Positions 11,805-26,138 are shown, numbered from the stretch's first letter. The stretch is 64,000 nucleotides of DNA from Lama glama (GCA_028534125.1 CM052817.1:32986001-33050000), one strand, 5' to 3'. Notes: a model not told the origin generated them from the sequence alone. Numbers and translations: made by a program.

Positions 11805-13794
11805 AAGATGGACTAGTGGAGGCAAAGAGAGAATAAGTAACCTGTCTAAGATCACCAGATAGGAAGAACACACATGTGCAAATATCAACCATATGAGGCA
11901 ACAGAAATATAAATGCCCTGGGACTGTCAAAAACCTATACTGAGGCATGGGGTCACTGTGGGCTGGAATGATTAGAGAAGGAATAAGAAAGAACAGGTGG
12001 GACTTTTACTGGTAAGAATGGGATGGGGCAGGGGGTGTATTTTAGGCATAGGAAATGGTGTTAAAATATAGCACAATTGGAAAATTCTTTATTGTAGAGA
12101 TGAAAATAAAATTATTTAAACCCTGAGGAGCAAAAAATTAAGAGTTCTTGAGCATATGATATGCCTGGGTCTAAAGCTTTCTCATTCTCAATCACTAGCC
12201 TTTTGCAATTTTCCCATCCATCATAGGAATAAAAAGTTATCACATATTCCTCTATATGTAAGAAAAGCAAAGAGTGCTCAGACTGGCCAGCTCCTGGTTT
12301 GAGAAGCTAAACTCAGAAGCCAGGATGCCGGCTCATGTTTCTATCAATGGGCACATGTGCCTGACGACGGGGCTCCAGGTCACATGTAAGCAGCCGACAG
12401 ATACTCTGGGCTAGGAGCAAACACCCTCCTCCACTTTATATCAAACATTGTATACTCTAGGCCTTTTCTTTATCAATGAATACCTAACAGAATACTAGGA
12501 ATGCTAACTTCATGACTGACTCCCACGGTTTAGGGCCTGATTATTAGGTATGGAGGTAGACAGCGGAAGGGTGGGAGCGGCAGATGTGGTGCCAAAAAAA
12601 GTTATTTTAGAAAACATTTCTGGAGAAATGGTTCTGGTTCTGTCCAGGCTGGGAGGGGAAGGTTTGGGAGCACAGGCAGAAAAGAGTACAGAAGCTGGCT
12701 GGGGGAGGTTTGCTAAGCAAAGCTAGTCAGGAGGCTACAGCTGGATCCTGCTGACCGGCATTCCTCCTGTTAAGGGTGGATAAAGGGAGGGAACTGTGCT
12801 GAGGGGGCTGAGGGGAGACGGCAGGGATTCAGTTGGAACTGTATCATCGAAGAGAGACCCTTTCCCCTTAAAAGGAACCCCCTGACAGCACACACCTAGC
12901 CCACCCTATCTACGACTGCACCTTTTAATTCAGCACCACCTTAGGGGCACGTTGTCCCTTCATAAAGACTGGCTGAAAGAAGAAAGGAACGAATTGAGGA
13001 GGGAAGGCAGGAGAAAGAACAGCTGATCTAAAAAAAATTTAAAAGCCTGATTGCATTAGATTATATCATACTGATTTTCAAATGATAGTATTTACATGAC
13101 ATTTACTCGCCTTCATGGAACTGGTACTGTGAAGCCCCTCACACTGTGGGACAAGCAACCGGCCCACCATATGAGCTGTGTGCATGGGAGAGCCGGATTC
13201 CCATGAATCACCACCTTGAGAGGAATCTCTCCAGCTCCCATGGTTTTTTCCACAGGCCAAAGGACTCCCACAGACGTTCTGGGGCTGGTTTCATCCTGGT
13301 TATATTCAGGTTGGAGAAGAACTGGCCTGAGGTTTCAAAGTTAAGTTAAAAAATGTTCTGCGTTCCAGGTGTGGCTGAATGGCAGGCTCACTAGCTGGCC
13401 AGGAAAACAAGACAAGGGGAGGAAAGAGAAGAAGGGCAAAACAATCAAGGTGGAAAAAAATAAGGAGAAATGGAGAAAGAAACAGTGAATTTAACCAGAA
13501 ACCTCCAGAATTTAAAATCTGGGGGCATAAAAATATGAAAACACAAAATAATAGTTCTACTCATGGCCAATACCGTTCTTCACTGTGTGAAATATTTTCT
13601 TCACTATGTTTCAAACAATGGGATTTCCAAACTCTCACTAATAGGGCGTGGCTTCTTTCCATGTTCCATTCTCTTCTTCAGCCAGCATTTCTGTTCTCCA
13701 GAGTGGAGGGCCTCCGGTAAAGCTGCAGCATATTTGCTGTGTTGCAGTGTCTGATGAAACACTGGAGCTGAGCCAGAGCAGCTTTCATATTCCC

Positions 13795-14100
13795 TCGTCC
13801 ATTCGATAAATGTATTATTAAGAGCCTTCCACGTGTCCCCAAGCATAGTCGGTGCTTGAGATAAACTGATGGAGTATAAAAAAAAGGTCTGGGGCTGGGG
13901 GGGACAGACACTAACCAAATTATCACACAAATACATAATAAACTGTTCACTACATGTATGATGAGGGAGGAGGGCGCTGAGCTAGTGTGGACGGGCAGAG
14001 GAGACTGACCCCAGGACATGGGGTTGAATACGAGCTCTGAAGGGGTTAACAGAACTGGGGTGGGGAGTTGGTTGGATGGAGTGTAACGTGTTTAAGGAAC
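13795..14100 (-). mobile_element. L2 fragment
   Basis: 'cattcgataaatgtattattaagagcc...gggacagacactaaccaaattatcacacaaat'. Confidence 0.5.
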
Positions 14101-16764
14101 TAAAAAGCCTATGGCTGGAACAAAGGGTACAAAAGAATAAAATGGCCTCCAGAGTGAAAAGGTGATGTGGAAAAATGACATTCTCTTGCTCTGAAAAGTC
14201 CATTGCAGAGGGTGTGTCCCTTTGGTCCAGACACAGAGGACATCATGGGTGTAGCACATTACTTGGTAACCATTTCTAGCTCCTCCCTACCCTGGAGAGT
14301 AATGACCCAGATTTTTTTCAGCCTGATCATGGTCATTTTTGCTATTCTATGGTATAAACAAAATACTGATTATTTTTCACTGCCAAATTGTAAAACAAGA
14401 GCCATGTCCTTAAAAAAGCCAATCAAAAAGCCAACATATCTATGTTCTCAGAACTTTTTCCCACATTTTTCATAGGTTGAATCTGAATTTTACATAAATA
14501 TAAGGCATAAATTGGCTCGAGAGAAAATTGCAATGATAAAAACAATAAGGAATTAATTAGAGGTTTAATATTTTGATTGTTATTTGTATATAACCTACCA
14601 AGAAGTTCCAACAAATAAACCCTGGCAGTTTTGTTCTATTCTAAACTCTGTGTGTAGTGGCCCTGATATAAAACAGCTTCAACACTTGCAGCCTAATATC
14701 TGGAAGGGCTGTTGCTCTGGAATGCTATAATCACTCTCAAGTCAAAAGCCATTAAACACCCATTTCTAAAATAAAAGGCTGTACTCATCTCAGATGACGT
14801 CATTTTGTCTGGCCTTCTGCATTCTCAAGGAGAACTATTTGAAATCATTAAGAATACAGCGTGCAAACTCCCAAGGTGACCAGTTTTCTGACTTCTCTCA
14901 GACGTGTGAGATTAGGAGGCAGAAAGAGAGAAGAGGGATGATAAACGAGAGATTTAAAGATGAAAACATGTGCTTCACTTCTCACACATCAGAAATGCCC
15001 CCAATACTGTCAGCTCTAACTCAAGTGTTCTTGCTTACTCTGTTTACATGGTGCATTGTTCCTGCACTTTGAAAGAAAGGGCGTGCCTTTCAGTGAGGAA
15101 GTATTCAATCACATTTTAACTATGAAGAAACCTTTTTTGGCCAAAGACTGCATTCTTTGCAAGGTGGTGATCCGTACAGAAAGTAAACCCCAAATCCTAT
15201 ATCATTGTATGAAAAGAACAGGTTGATCGGATTTAACTGTTTTTCTTAACTGCCACAACAAAAATAGGGAAATAAAGAGTCCAATTATTTTAGAGTATAG
15301 TTTGGACAAAAACACAGCATCTAAAATTAAAACCCTAAAGCATGTTACATGTTGGAAATATACATTGTTAATGAACATGCACCCCATCAGTTTCCTGTTC
15401 CAGATGGCTCTCTGTCAGGCTGGCAACAACTCAAGAGCCTGACAAAGAGGTGCAGGCATATGTCCTGTGTTTAATAAGAACGAACGAAAAAAAAAAAAAA
15501 AAGCAGAAAAGGGGCCTTCATTTTCTAAACACTTCAGTGAAAATTACCATTCCGTTTGGGACCAATTCTGTCCAGGTGCTAAGGACAGAATAAACAGACA
15601 ATACACGAAGGCAGAAAAAGTCAGGCTTCTGTGGGAATTGCATCCTTGGTTACATTTGAAACTAAATTTCAAAGTACAAATGACTATCATCATGGTTGTA
15701 CACATATGTTCTCCTTCTGGTTCTTAAAATACTAACCTTCTACGCTCATGTAATGAAGTAAGTCAGAGCCTCGAGCCTATTGTGTGTCTTTAATTTCCTT
15801 CTGCAGAAATTCTAGGCTCAATTACTTCTACCTAAGTGGTGTCCCTCCTACCTGAGGGATAATCCTCTCTTTTTGGCTAAGAGTATTCTCTTTTATATTC
15901 TGATTAAGAGTAATTTGACTTCTGAGGGATAATGTCTCCTAGAACTTGGGCCGCGGAATCAACACCAACATTCTCAACAACTACCTTTCCAATATTAGTT
16001 TCAAAAACCATCTGTTGACATTATCCCTGTGCCTTCCTTATTCTAGACACTGACTTAACAGATAAACTGCAAAACACACTTAAAATCTCACCCGATATCT
16101 TCACTTGGGAAGCATATATGCCAACTGAATGTCTACTTACCAATAGATCATCAAATACACAACAAAATATTAACAGTAGTTTTCTGGGTAGTGGGTTTAT
16201 AGGTAATTTTAAATTTGATTCTGTGTTTATTAAAGAGCAAAAGATCTTCCAAGTATTCTACAATGAACAAGTACATCTCTGTAATCAAGAAAAAAAGACA
16301 ATTACAAGTATTTTAAGGAACATATAAACATGAACGGAGCTTTAAAATTCATCCAAATGACATCACTGCCCTTCTAATGCTTATATTCAAAGAATTATAT
16401 ATAATTACACAGCCATCCAATGACAGGATAATTACTGCTACTAGAGTGTCGAGGGGCGATCACATGGTGAAAGCAGCTTTAGACCTTAGCCCACAGTTGT
16501 TCTGATGCTGTTTTCTAAAACATTAGTGAAAATTCCAGACAGTTAATTTGGGGTATACAAATACCTACTCTTGAAGCAATTACTCTGGTGCCAATGATAT
16601 CTTCATTCATTTACAGACAAAATACCATGTTCAAGGGGAAGAGATAAGATGTATTTTTTAATAAAGAAACAAAACTGGCTTATTAGTGAATGTTCTCATG
16701 GTGGACCTATCTAGCTTTTGCATGTCAGTGCCCCTTCCTTTGTGGAATCACTCTATTCTAAATG

Positions 16765-17185
16765 GCAATGATAGAGTGTCAATCACAGTCTGCTGCCCAT
16801 TCTCCAAGTCCTTGTCCCCATATCCCTCCTGCCCATTCCCCAAGGTAGTAATGGCCACAAGACTCAGCTTGGCCGAAGAGAATCCCATTTCCCCTGGAAA
16901 CAGTGACTAGAAGTCAGTCAGTTTCATTTCCTAGGACTGATCTACAACCCTCGGAAGAAAAAAAGCTCTCTTTTTCCCCTGGGTTGCTATTCTGGAATGA
17001 TATAAGCCAGGAATGGCTGGGAGGGATGAGAGGTCACACAGAGGCAGTTGTGATAGAAAAGAATGAGGTCAGTACTTAGAAGAAAGAAAATCTTAGAAGG
17101 TGTAGAGAGTCCTGATCACACTGTTGGAGCCCCTGCCCCCAAACCCCTGAACACAGATAGCTCTGTCTCCAGACTTCCCACACAA
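16765..17185 (+). mobile_element. Old MaLR/ERVL LTR fragment (MLT1K/LTR16-like)
   Basis: 'cccatttcccctggaaacagtgact...gatataagccagg...gagtcctgatcaca...cagacttccca'; resembles 4690-5455 and 60770-61280. Confidence 0.45.
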
Positions 17186-20100
17186 GCAAATATGAAAGGC
17201 AAACACCAACTAGGAAGACATGTTAGCAAAATATATGACTAGGTATTAATAACCTTAATAATACAAGTGTTCTAATTTAAAATCATTAAGAACAAAATTA
17301 ATAACTCAGTAGGAAAAGACCATGAGCAGGCAATTCACAAAAGACAGAATGGCAAATATCTGTTTTTCATCAAAACTCAGTAAAATGAAATTTACATGTG
17401 GCTTCTACACTGTCCTCTACATTTCCAAATTTTCTACAAAGAGGAAGTATGACTGTAATAGTGGAGGAAAAACCTTTTTAAAGCTTTAAAATGTAAAATT
17501 AAATTTAAGAATATTAACCTGGTATCAGCAGGCAGGATGAATGGGTGGGCAGGCGTGAAGCCAGGGACTTTAGGGAGAAGGCTGTGGGCCTCTGTGTGCC
17601 TGGAGAACAGGGAGCATTTTTGGAGAGATGTAAACAGCATCTCAAAGGAAATAGAGATGGGCTGCCAGGAGCAGCCGACTGCTCTAGGTGATGAGGTTGA
17701 GTCAATGACTCCATCGAGTCCCTCCTGAGATGACAGTGATATCCTGGAAAAGACAGCAGGGTATTGAGGAGGAGCTGATTCAAAGGTCGGGAAAGGAATA
17801 CACTGATTCAGACAAAAATAAAAAAGCCAAAGAAGCCAGAACCATTGAATGGTAGCGAAAGAAGAAACCTTAGATTCACCTAATAAGACTCATTTTATGA
17901 TGAGGATCCTGAATCTGAAGCAAGCTAAGTGACTTACTTTCAGGTTACACACCTATTGGCATATTTAGGAGTAAAAATTTAACCACATTACTCAGTCACT
18001 CCTATTTGATACATAGCTCTGTGTTTAAGAAACCTACCCTGTGTTCCATGCATTCCATTTCTTCCCTTTCATGAGAAACTGATAAATCTAGTGTGCAGTT
18101 AATAAGAGTCGGCAATTTTTAATCTCTTTGTCACATACACAGTTATTACTATTGGCATCATGTGCAGACATAAAAATTAGTGACATGGATAGTCTGTCTC
18201 GTGCAGTTGTACATATATAAATATCACTGCAAGAAAATCTGTTTCAGTGCCTTAGTTAAGAATGATCGTTTTTATGATCCGGCATGGAAAAATGAAGTAC
18301 TTGAGAAAATAATCTGTAGTGATCCATTAATATCTTTGCAAAATTACTTAACTGGTTAGCTACCTTAATAGGTAGCTCTCAATATTTTCCTATGCAGCTG
18401 GTGATATATTTTAAATATGAACTAAACATTTTAAACTTTGTTTGATATAGCCATTTTGTAATATGTGCTGTGGTTAACTACTTTAATATGTTGGACAGTA
18501 AAACTAAATGTAACAGTTCCAACATTTCTCATGGGAGTGATTTAGGGCAGACATATGTTCTTCATCAGAGTTTCCAGCAGAAATCTTAGAAATCAAGAGA
18601 AAAAATAGACCCTATTATACCAAACAGTGTTGCAAACCATAACGGAAAACAAGTCTTTAAAGCTGTTGTTTTGTTTTGTTTTGGCAGCCCTGAAACACTA
18701 GAAATGAAGGTATATTCCTTAATGAAAAGTCTAATTCTGGAACACCACAATAACTGAGAATCCATAAATTAGAACCAAGAGATGCAGCAGAATCCTTTCT
18801 GAAGTGAGTTTTTCTGTTCCTCCTGAAGTCCTCTTTCAGCTGAGTGAGTGGGTTCTACTGTCATGGTTCTGGACTCTTGTCATTTACTGTAGTGAGCTAG
18901 AGTTTTCATACAAGTCTGGGGAACATGAAGGCTGGCAATGAACTTTCAGGATCACTCTCCTGGTTACCACAGCAACATCCTTGTCATTGTTGATGCTCAA
19001 GGTTCAAGGAACAAATTTTCAAGGGAAAGATTTCTGAAATCCTGAAAACTGGTTTCCAATTGAAATAGTGCCCTTTGGAGCAGAAATCTGCGGAAATGCC
19101 TACTCTGAAAGCTGACGAATTACTGAGGGAAAGCTGTGAGATGAGGAAAGAAGGCAGAGCAGTAGAGTGAAGGAAGCATATGAGGAGAAACTCTCATTAG
19201 TTCCTCATCTTTTACAACTCTCTGTTGGTTAGTACTTCATATTTTACAAAGAAGACTGACTTTCTACAAGGCTGGGAAAAGTACTTGACCAACGATGAAA
19301 AATGCTTTGTTTGAAAGACATACCTCTACTAACATAATAAAATGTCTATGCCTTGTGCTGATGGAGATGGAAGTTTTCATAATAAAGTGGCAGCCATGAA
19401 TAGCAATAATAATTTTTATATGGCCTACGTTTACCTGAACTTTTTGAAAAGAGGAAAGCTGTCATAAACAAATCATTGCAAATAGATTTTTATTCTTGGT
19501 TGTAGAATGTGGCTTTGTTTTTCTAAGGATAAGGGTGTATATATGCCTTCCATTGGAAAGCAGACCTAAAAGCACCATAAGATGCTTTCCACAAATCCAC
19601 TGAAAACAAACTCTCAACTCCTTCCTCATTCAAAGTCCTCTGTTTAGATGTCCAGTAGAGAATGCAAGTGGATGCCAGTTGAGAGCTCAATATTCTTAAC
19701 TTCAGTGTCCTTAAGAACAGTTCTTTCCAAACTGGACCTGCCTTTCCTCATTTGTTGTACATGGTTTAACTTAAACAGGGCAATAGACAAAGTGAGAACG
19801 AATAGAAAAGAAAAAAACTTAGGGAAAAGATCCCTGAAAATTAAAACTTCAAAAAAGTTGAAGATGATTTTAAAAATCATGGTCTATCATGAAGATAATT
19901 TATGCATTTTATACCAATTAATGTGAAGTTCTGATTATTCCAGTTAGAGTAACAGGAATCCTGCCATTATTTTATGCCGAAGTCTTAGGAATTCAATAGC
20001 AAAGGAAGCATGACTATAGATGTAGCTAGAAAAATACTATCTTCATGAGATTTGAGAACTTAGGCACCACCCCTCCCACAAAACTGACTTTTCACATTGT

Positions 20101-20587
20101 AATATGTTAAAGTCTAAAATGTCTTAGTAACATCCCTACTGACACTTAAGTCCCAATGTCAGTTCCCTGTACTGGGAAGCTCTTCTCATGCAGGTAACAG
20201 AGACTTTCCAGCTGACTTTATTTTCCTGAGATGTCATCCTAATATTAAACCCCAAGTCGCCTCCTAGCACTTTCTGCCCGATAGTCAGAGTTCTGTGAGA
20301 AGTCAACTTCCACTTAGATAGTATCTTTACAGAGTCTGTTTGGAAGGAAAACCTATGCTACTTCATTGGTAAACTTATGCCGGATTAAATATAAACAAAT
20401 CTGATTTTTTTCTTTTTGGTTAAAAGAAGACAAAAAAGGAAGTCACTAGGTCCTTTCCTTTGCTTTCTACTAGAACTTAGTGTATCATTTCATCTGCCTG
20501 AAGATCTTTCTGACTTCTAGTAGGTTCCAGAGTTAGAGATTCAAAAGTTTTTCTCTGTAATCAATACCCGAGGCAGTATCTAGTATA

Positions 20588-20947
20588 AAGACTGCAACCT
20601 GTAAGCCCACAGGCTGAATTCGGCCCTTCAATAAGGTCTCTTTCACTCATGCAGTATTTTAGAAAATGAGCTAATTTTTTAAAACTTGGTTAATTTCAAA
20701 TTAAAAAAAAATCCCTCAGATTCCTGTTTTCTTGAGAGACTAGCAATATTACACTTATGCTCTCCTGGAAACAATTACAGGCTCTCCAGTTTGACACAGT
20801 CCCCACTACTCCCTATTGCCCCTTTAAGACTGAATATGTTTTGCTAATTATGATTGTATTTTCATTGTTGTTTTTTTTAAAACCTAACCTATTTTAGTTA
20901 TTTATAATGCTTGCTGGTCCCTATAAGCACTGGAGTGTGAGTCTCCA
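20588..20947. mobile_element. MER102-like hAT-Charlie DNA transposon
   Basis: 'gcccacaggctgaattcggccc...tctccagtttgacacagtccccactactccc...ctggtccctataagcactggagtgtgag' resembles the MER102 consensus as I recall it. Confidence 0.6.
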
Positions 20948-22149
20948 ATTGCAACTCATGATTTCAAAAAGTTTTAAAGTATGAGGACATCATATAATTA
21001 TGCTTTTGGTATCTGTTAACTGAAAAATACAAAGGAAAAAAATTCTATAATTTCAGCAATATCTCTAAATAAATTTGGATTTTATAAATTACAATAACAC
21101 CTACAAATATTTGTATATTTATATGTGAAGAGTAATACTTGGTTTCTGGATGATGCATAAAGCACACACAGAGAAGTGAACCTTTTGTTCTAACTCCTAT
21201 ATTGTCCCAGGGATCCATGAGCTAAAGGTTGGGGATCACTAATCTAGTAAAGAGAATTCTGGACGGGAATCAGGAGACAGTTTCCAGTCCCATCCTTGCA
21301 CTGAATACACTATTGATTGGTAATCTGAGGCAAATTGGTCAATCTTTGGGGGACCTTGATTTTCTCATGTCTCATTTCTCAGAATGGATAATCATTGAGA
21401 AATTTTCCATCCATAAAACATAATAATATATGCCATATGAAACCTTATAACTATTATAAAAACCCAGGCAACTATGGGACCTCTCAAAAATGTACCTGGG
21501 TTTTACCTAAGGACAAAAGTTTTATTAGAGAGGGACTTGCTATGGAAAAAGTAGAAATGTGCTGAAAACTATAACTCTTCTATTTTCAATGTTAAATACA
21601 ATTTCATATTCTCTGTCCCAAACCACGTCCGAAAAACTAGCAGTATATTTTGAATAAATTGTCTCAAAGAGAACTTAGCATTATAGATATATTTCATTTG
21701 AGCTCAGATATTTGGGGTATATTTTTCAGATGTGTAAATTCATGGCTCAAACTTATATATTCTTTTCAGGTCAAAGAAGATACTGTATATGAAAGTAGTT
21801 TGAACACTATAGTATTAATCAGGATTATCTGATATTATAATGCTGTTATTACCTGATATTTCCCCAATTCTTGTCTATATAGGATTCTACTTGGCCAGAC
21901 CGAGTACATACGGTAACTTGAAATTTTTTGTTCATAGACGTCATTTAATACTGAGTCATCATAGCATTCAAATTCACACATTTTGGATGTGTCATTATAT
22001 TGATATAATATTACGTTATTCTGCAGTGTTTTCTGTATTCCTCTTGTCCCTAAAATAACTGTAAGCACTTTAAAGAGAGATATTGCCTGATGATGATAAT
22101 GGCGATGGTAATAATAAAATAACAGTAATGATAAAATAATGATGGTGAC

Positions 22150-22400
22150 ATAAATAACATATGCTGACAACACATTATATGCCATGATCTGTGCCAAGCA
22201 GTTTGATAAACTATTTTATCTCATGAGTTTGGTACTATTGCTATGTCCATTTTATTCATGAGGAAACTGAGAATCAGTGAAGTTAAATGACTTACTCAAG
22301 ATCCCACAACTACTATGATCCAGAGTCAGAACTAGAACCCAGATCCACCTGACTCCAGATCCTCTGCTCAGAGCCTTTACACTCAACTACCGCTGCCCCC
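22150..22400 (-). mobile_element. MIR SINE
   Basis: 'ccattttattcatgaggaaactgagaatcagtgaagttaaatgacttactcaagatcccaca...agaacccagatccacctgactccaga'. Confidence 0.85.
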
Positions 22401-22649
22401 AGGGTTTCAATCCTTAGAGAGCTTAGGATAACGCCAGGTGCATAGGCATGTTGAATAAATACTGACAAATTTAAAATACCTGCGACATAAATCAAATGAT
22501 GCTATCACACAATAGTGTGTTATTTCAGTATATATTGTACAAGAATATCAATACTGTAACTGTAAAGCTAAAGCACCCTGGGCAGCACTCCACCTCACAG
22601 TATATTATCTTGCCCTAGAACTTCCCCTGTCAGGGAAGCCTATAATGAT

Positions 22650-23135
22650 AACTGCAGCAAATTCAAGTTTCTTACCTAATGCCCATTCTCACCTTCTCTC
22701 TTCTAACAGAACCCCGACTTTGTTCATAACAAATACATGCCCAGGTAAAAATACTCATTAGATTCTCTGGTAGCCAGAGGTGATCATGAAACCCAGTTCG
22801 ACAGAAAGCTATTGTTTTCCTGATATAAGAAAGGGCAGACTCCACTAGTATTTCTCTTTTACTCTCATTCGTCCTCTCTCCTTGCCTGAGGCAGGGACAC
22901 AATACATCAAAGAGAAATGTCTACCCCATGGTTGTGATGTTGCAACTACACTGAAAGGAGGGAAGGGAAGGAGGGAGGGAGGGAGGGAGAGAGAGAGAGG
23001 GAGGAAAGAAGCCAGAAGGATCATGAGTCCTGTCTCTGAACTTCCTGCTGAGAAAAAAAAAAGTTATTTTTATTTATTATGTAAGTTAATCTGGTAAATT
23101 TTCCATTACATATATCCAGGTACAATCTTAATGCA
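22650..23135 (+). mobile_element. MLT1K/L-like MaLR LTR containing a polypurine tract (22953-23011)
   Basis: 'cccattctcaccttctctcttctaacagaaccccgactttgttc'; (GGGA)n/(GA)n run inside. Confidence 0.5.
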
Positions 23136-23489
23136 GTAATACTGTAACTGGTAATCCCAAATTATCAACAGACATAAAATGAGAATCTAATAAATATAAA
23201 TTAGTTTCCATAGTATTATCATGTCTCTATGTTTAATGATAGAATTTTTAGATATTTTTAATCATTTATCCCCTGGCTTTATACTAAACCTAACAAAACA
23301 GATCTAATCCCTACTGACTTGTTCTTTAAAGACAATATAAAAATTCAGGGAAACAAAGGAATGAATAATATAAAAATCGTTCACCCAAAAGAAATTTTTC
23401 CAAAATAGTTTTGGGTGTCAAAAATCATACTCAAGTTGTATTTTTCTTTATTTCCTGATTCCAGAGCCTTCTGGCTGACATGCCTTAGA

Positions 23490-23702
23490 GCACTGATTTG
23501 CCTTAATAGGTTACAGGTGTGCCAAGCTGCCGCTTCCCCTCAGTTCACAGGTCGCCCGGGTAGCGCCTAGAGTGGTCGGACCCCCACCCCCTCCCCGTTG
23601 CCTCTGACCACACCAGTCCCATCCACTTACCTCAGTAGACTATGCAAACATTCCCACTGTCTGCGTGCATCACAATAGGAAAAAGGTTGGGAAGCAATGC
23701 CC
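23490..23702. mobile_element. hAT-Charlie-type non-autonomous DNA transposon fragment
   Basis: Internal 'ggttacaggtgtgcc' and terminal 'aaaaaggttgggaagcaatg'. Confidence 0.5.
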
Positions 23703-25416
23703 TATCAAAATAACAGCCATGGGAAAAAAAATGACCTATTATAAATGGATCGAAAATTAGCTCACACACATCATTTTATTCTCAGCAAAATCATGAGAGG
23801 TCAATGTGACACTTATGTTTATTATCAAGGTTCAAAGATGGTGATTCACCCACTAACACACACTGCTAGGAAATGACAGGCTTTTGAATCAAGGATTTCT
23901 GCATCTCAGCCTATGCTTTTTCTGATACACCTCCCTGTATGATGACAGTCCAAGTCTGCACAGATCTTTAACACCAGTGTTTTGATTTCACTCTCTGAAG
24001 AAAGTTCAAATGGTTTTCCTTTGTTTTCTCTTGTGACTGCTATGCAAATACTCACACATACGGAAATCGATACTCTCTTTGAACTTAGCAAGACCAAGAA
24101 AGCACAACACTGACAGACACATTCAGACGAGAATGATTTTCTTTTTACAGCTCCCATCCCTGACACCCTCCCTGAGAGCCAACCCTTGCTATTTTGTGTG
24201 AGTAGAAAAGAAAGTTTTTGCCCACCACTCTCCCCAGAAGTATCTATTGAAAAGAAAACAGTATGCTGCCGCTGACTCTGCTTAATTTTTGTTTTGTTTT
24301 GCCAATTACACTTTCTCACTGCCCTTTCCAAAAAAGGGAAGAAAGGGGAGAAATGAAAGAAATTGCCAAAAGTAAATTATATATTTAACAAATAAAGGGA
24401 AATGTGACTTTTAAATACAGGGCAATTATTGTCAAGAGATATTATTGAAATACAAAGAATTTAAGTTTGATACTCCTGTTTTAGAAAGCTAGACAACCAG
24501 GAGATTTCAAAGACTAGAAATAATATTTTAATATCTTTATAGCAATGGAGAAACAAAGAGGATACAGGTACGAAAATAGGAAAGTACGAGGAAACATCTG
24601 TCATTAGCTATTAGAGACAGATTAAAAAGTACGAGTACTATCTACAATATTAACCAAATATTAAGTCACAGTTCAGAAAATAAGAACATGATGGAATGGT
24701 TGAGAACATGCATGGCATAAAACAGTAAGCGTAAGCAAGTGCAAGTTACAGAATATAATAAATGTCATGGTTATGGGAGTGAGCTTGTGGTAGGTTTTAA
24801 GCATGGACTCCAGATTTGGAACAACCTGGGTTCCCATCATGGTTCTATCACTTGTAGCTGGGTGATAGTAACATGATTACATTTTTAGCACAGGAAGAGT
24901 GTTGCTTTCTTGATTCTGTCAACAGTTAAGATTAGTAAAATTACAGAATTACATACAAAGTAGAATTCTTATATTGGTTAATTGCTTGTTGTCAATAATA
25001 CTTTTTAACTAAATCTCATCAACCACAAAATGTGCACAAGACATAAAATAATTTCTGCCACCCAGTAACAAGTAAGCCAAGGCTATAAATTGGAATAATG
25101 TAAGAGCAATACTGTTTGCTGGTTCACTGTAAAAGCCAAATTAAATTAACCTAATTCCACGATAGGCTAAGCACATTTAGAAGTCAGTTCAATTCTTCCA
25201 GTACACACTGGGGTATCCCAGCCCACTCTACAGGACTGAGTCACCACTGCCTCACTATCCTATCACTTCTGAGCCTGAGATGTAGAGTAAACATTCTCTT
25301 CAGCAGCTAACTGTAAACATGAACCCTACTTCTCAGGACATGTGATTTTCAACACACTAAGGGTCATGTCTACTGTGGCCAAGTAAAAGTCTGTCTTTAG
25401 AAGTCAAATCTTTCTA

Positions 25417-25549
25417 GGAATGAAATCACTATCTCAAAGAGATATCTATGTTCCCTTGTTCACTGTTACATTATTGAAGATAACCAAGACATGGAAACAA
25501 CCTAAGTGTCCATCGATGGATGAATAGATCAGGAAAATCTCTCTCTTTC

Positions 25550-25580
<31 letters not shown>

Positions 25581-26138
25581 CTCTCTCACACATACACACA
25601 CACACACACAAATATCATTCAGCCACAAAAAAAGGGAAATCTTGCCACGCGCAACAACACAAATGGACCTTTAGGGCATTACACTAAGTGAAATAAATCA
25701 GACAGAGAGAGACAAATACTATACGATCTCACTTATATGTGGAATCTAAAAACATTGAATCCACAGAAGCAGAGATAATGGTGGTTGCTAGGGGTGGGTT
25801 AGGGGAAATGGGGAGATGTTGGTCAAAGGGTACAAACTTCCAGTTATAAGATGGGTAGTTTTTGGGGATGTGATGTACAGCATGGTGACAATAATTGACA
25901 AAACTGTTATCATATACCTGAAAGTTCATATGAGAAGAGTTTATATGTTCTCACCATAACAACAAAATAGTAATCATGTGAGGTAATGGGTCAGTTAATT
26001 AACCTTATCATGGTAAATATTTTACAATAATAAATACATGTCTCAAAGTATCACATCATACACCTTAAAATTACACAGTGTTATATGTCAATTATATCTC
26101 AATAAAGCTGGAAAAATTAAAAAATAAAAATAAAAAAA
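25417..26138 (+). mobile_element. L1MA-type (L1MA9-like) 3' end with internal (TC)n(CA)n microsatellite at 25539-25611
   Basis: 'ggaaacaacctaagtgtccatcgatggatgaat...ggggagatgttggtcaaagggtacaaacttccagttataagat...caattatatctcaataaagctgg' plus an A-rich tail. Confidence 0.85.

Noticed and set aside
21540..21800. Possible very old DNA-transposon relic
   Set aside because: Only a vague resemblance, with no termini or family I can support without a Dfam search.
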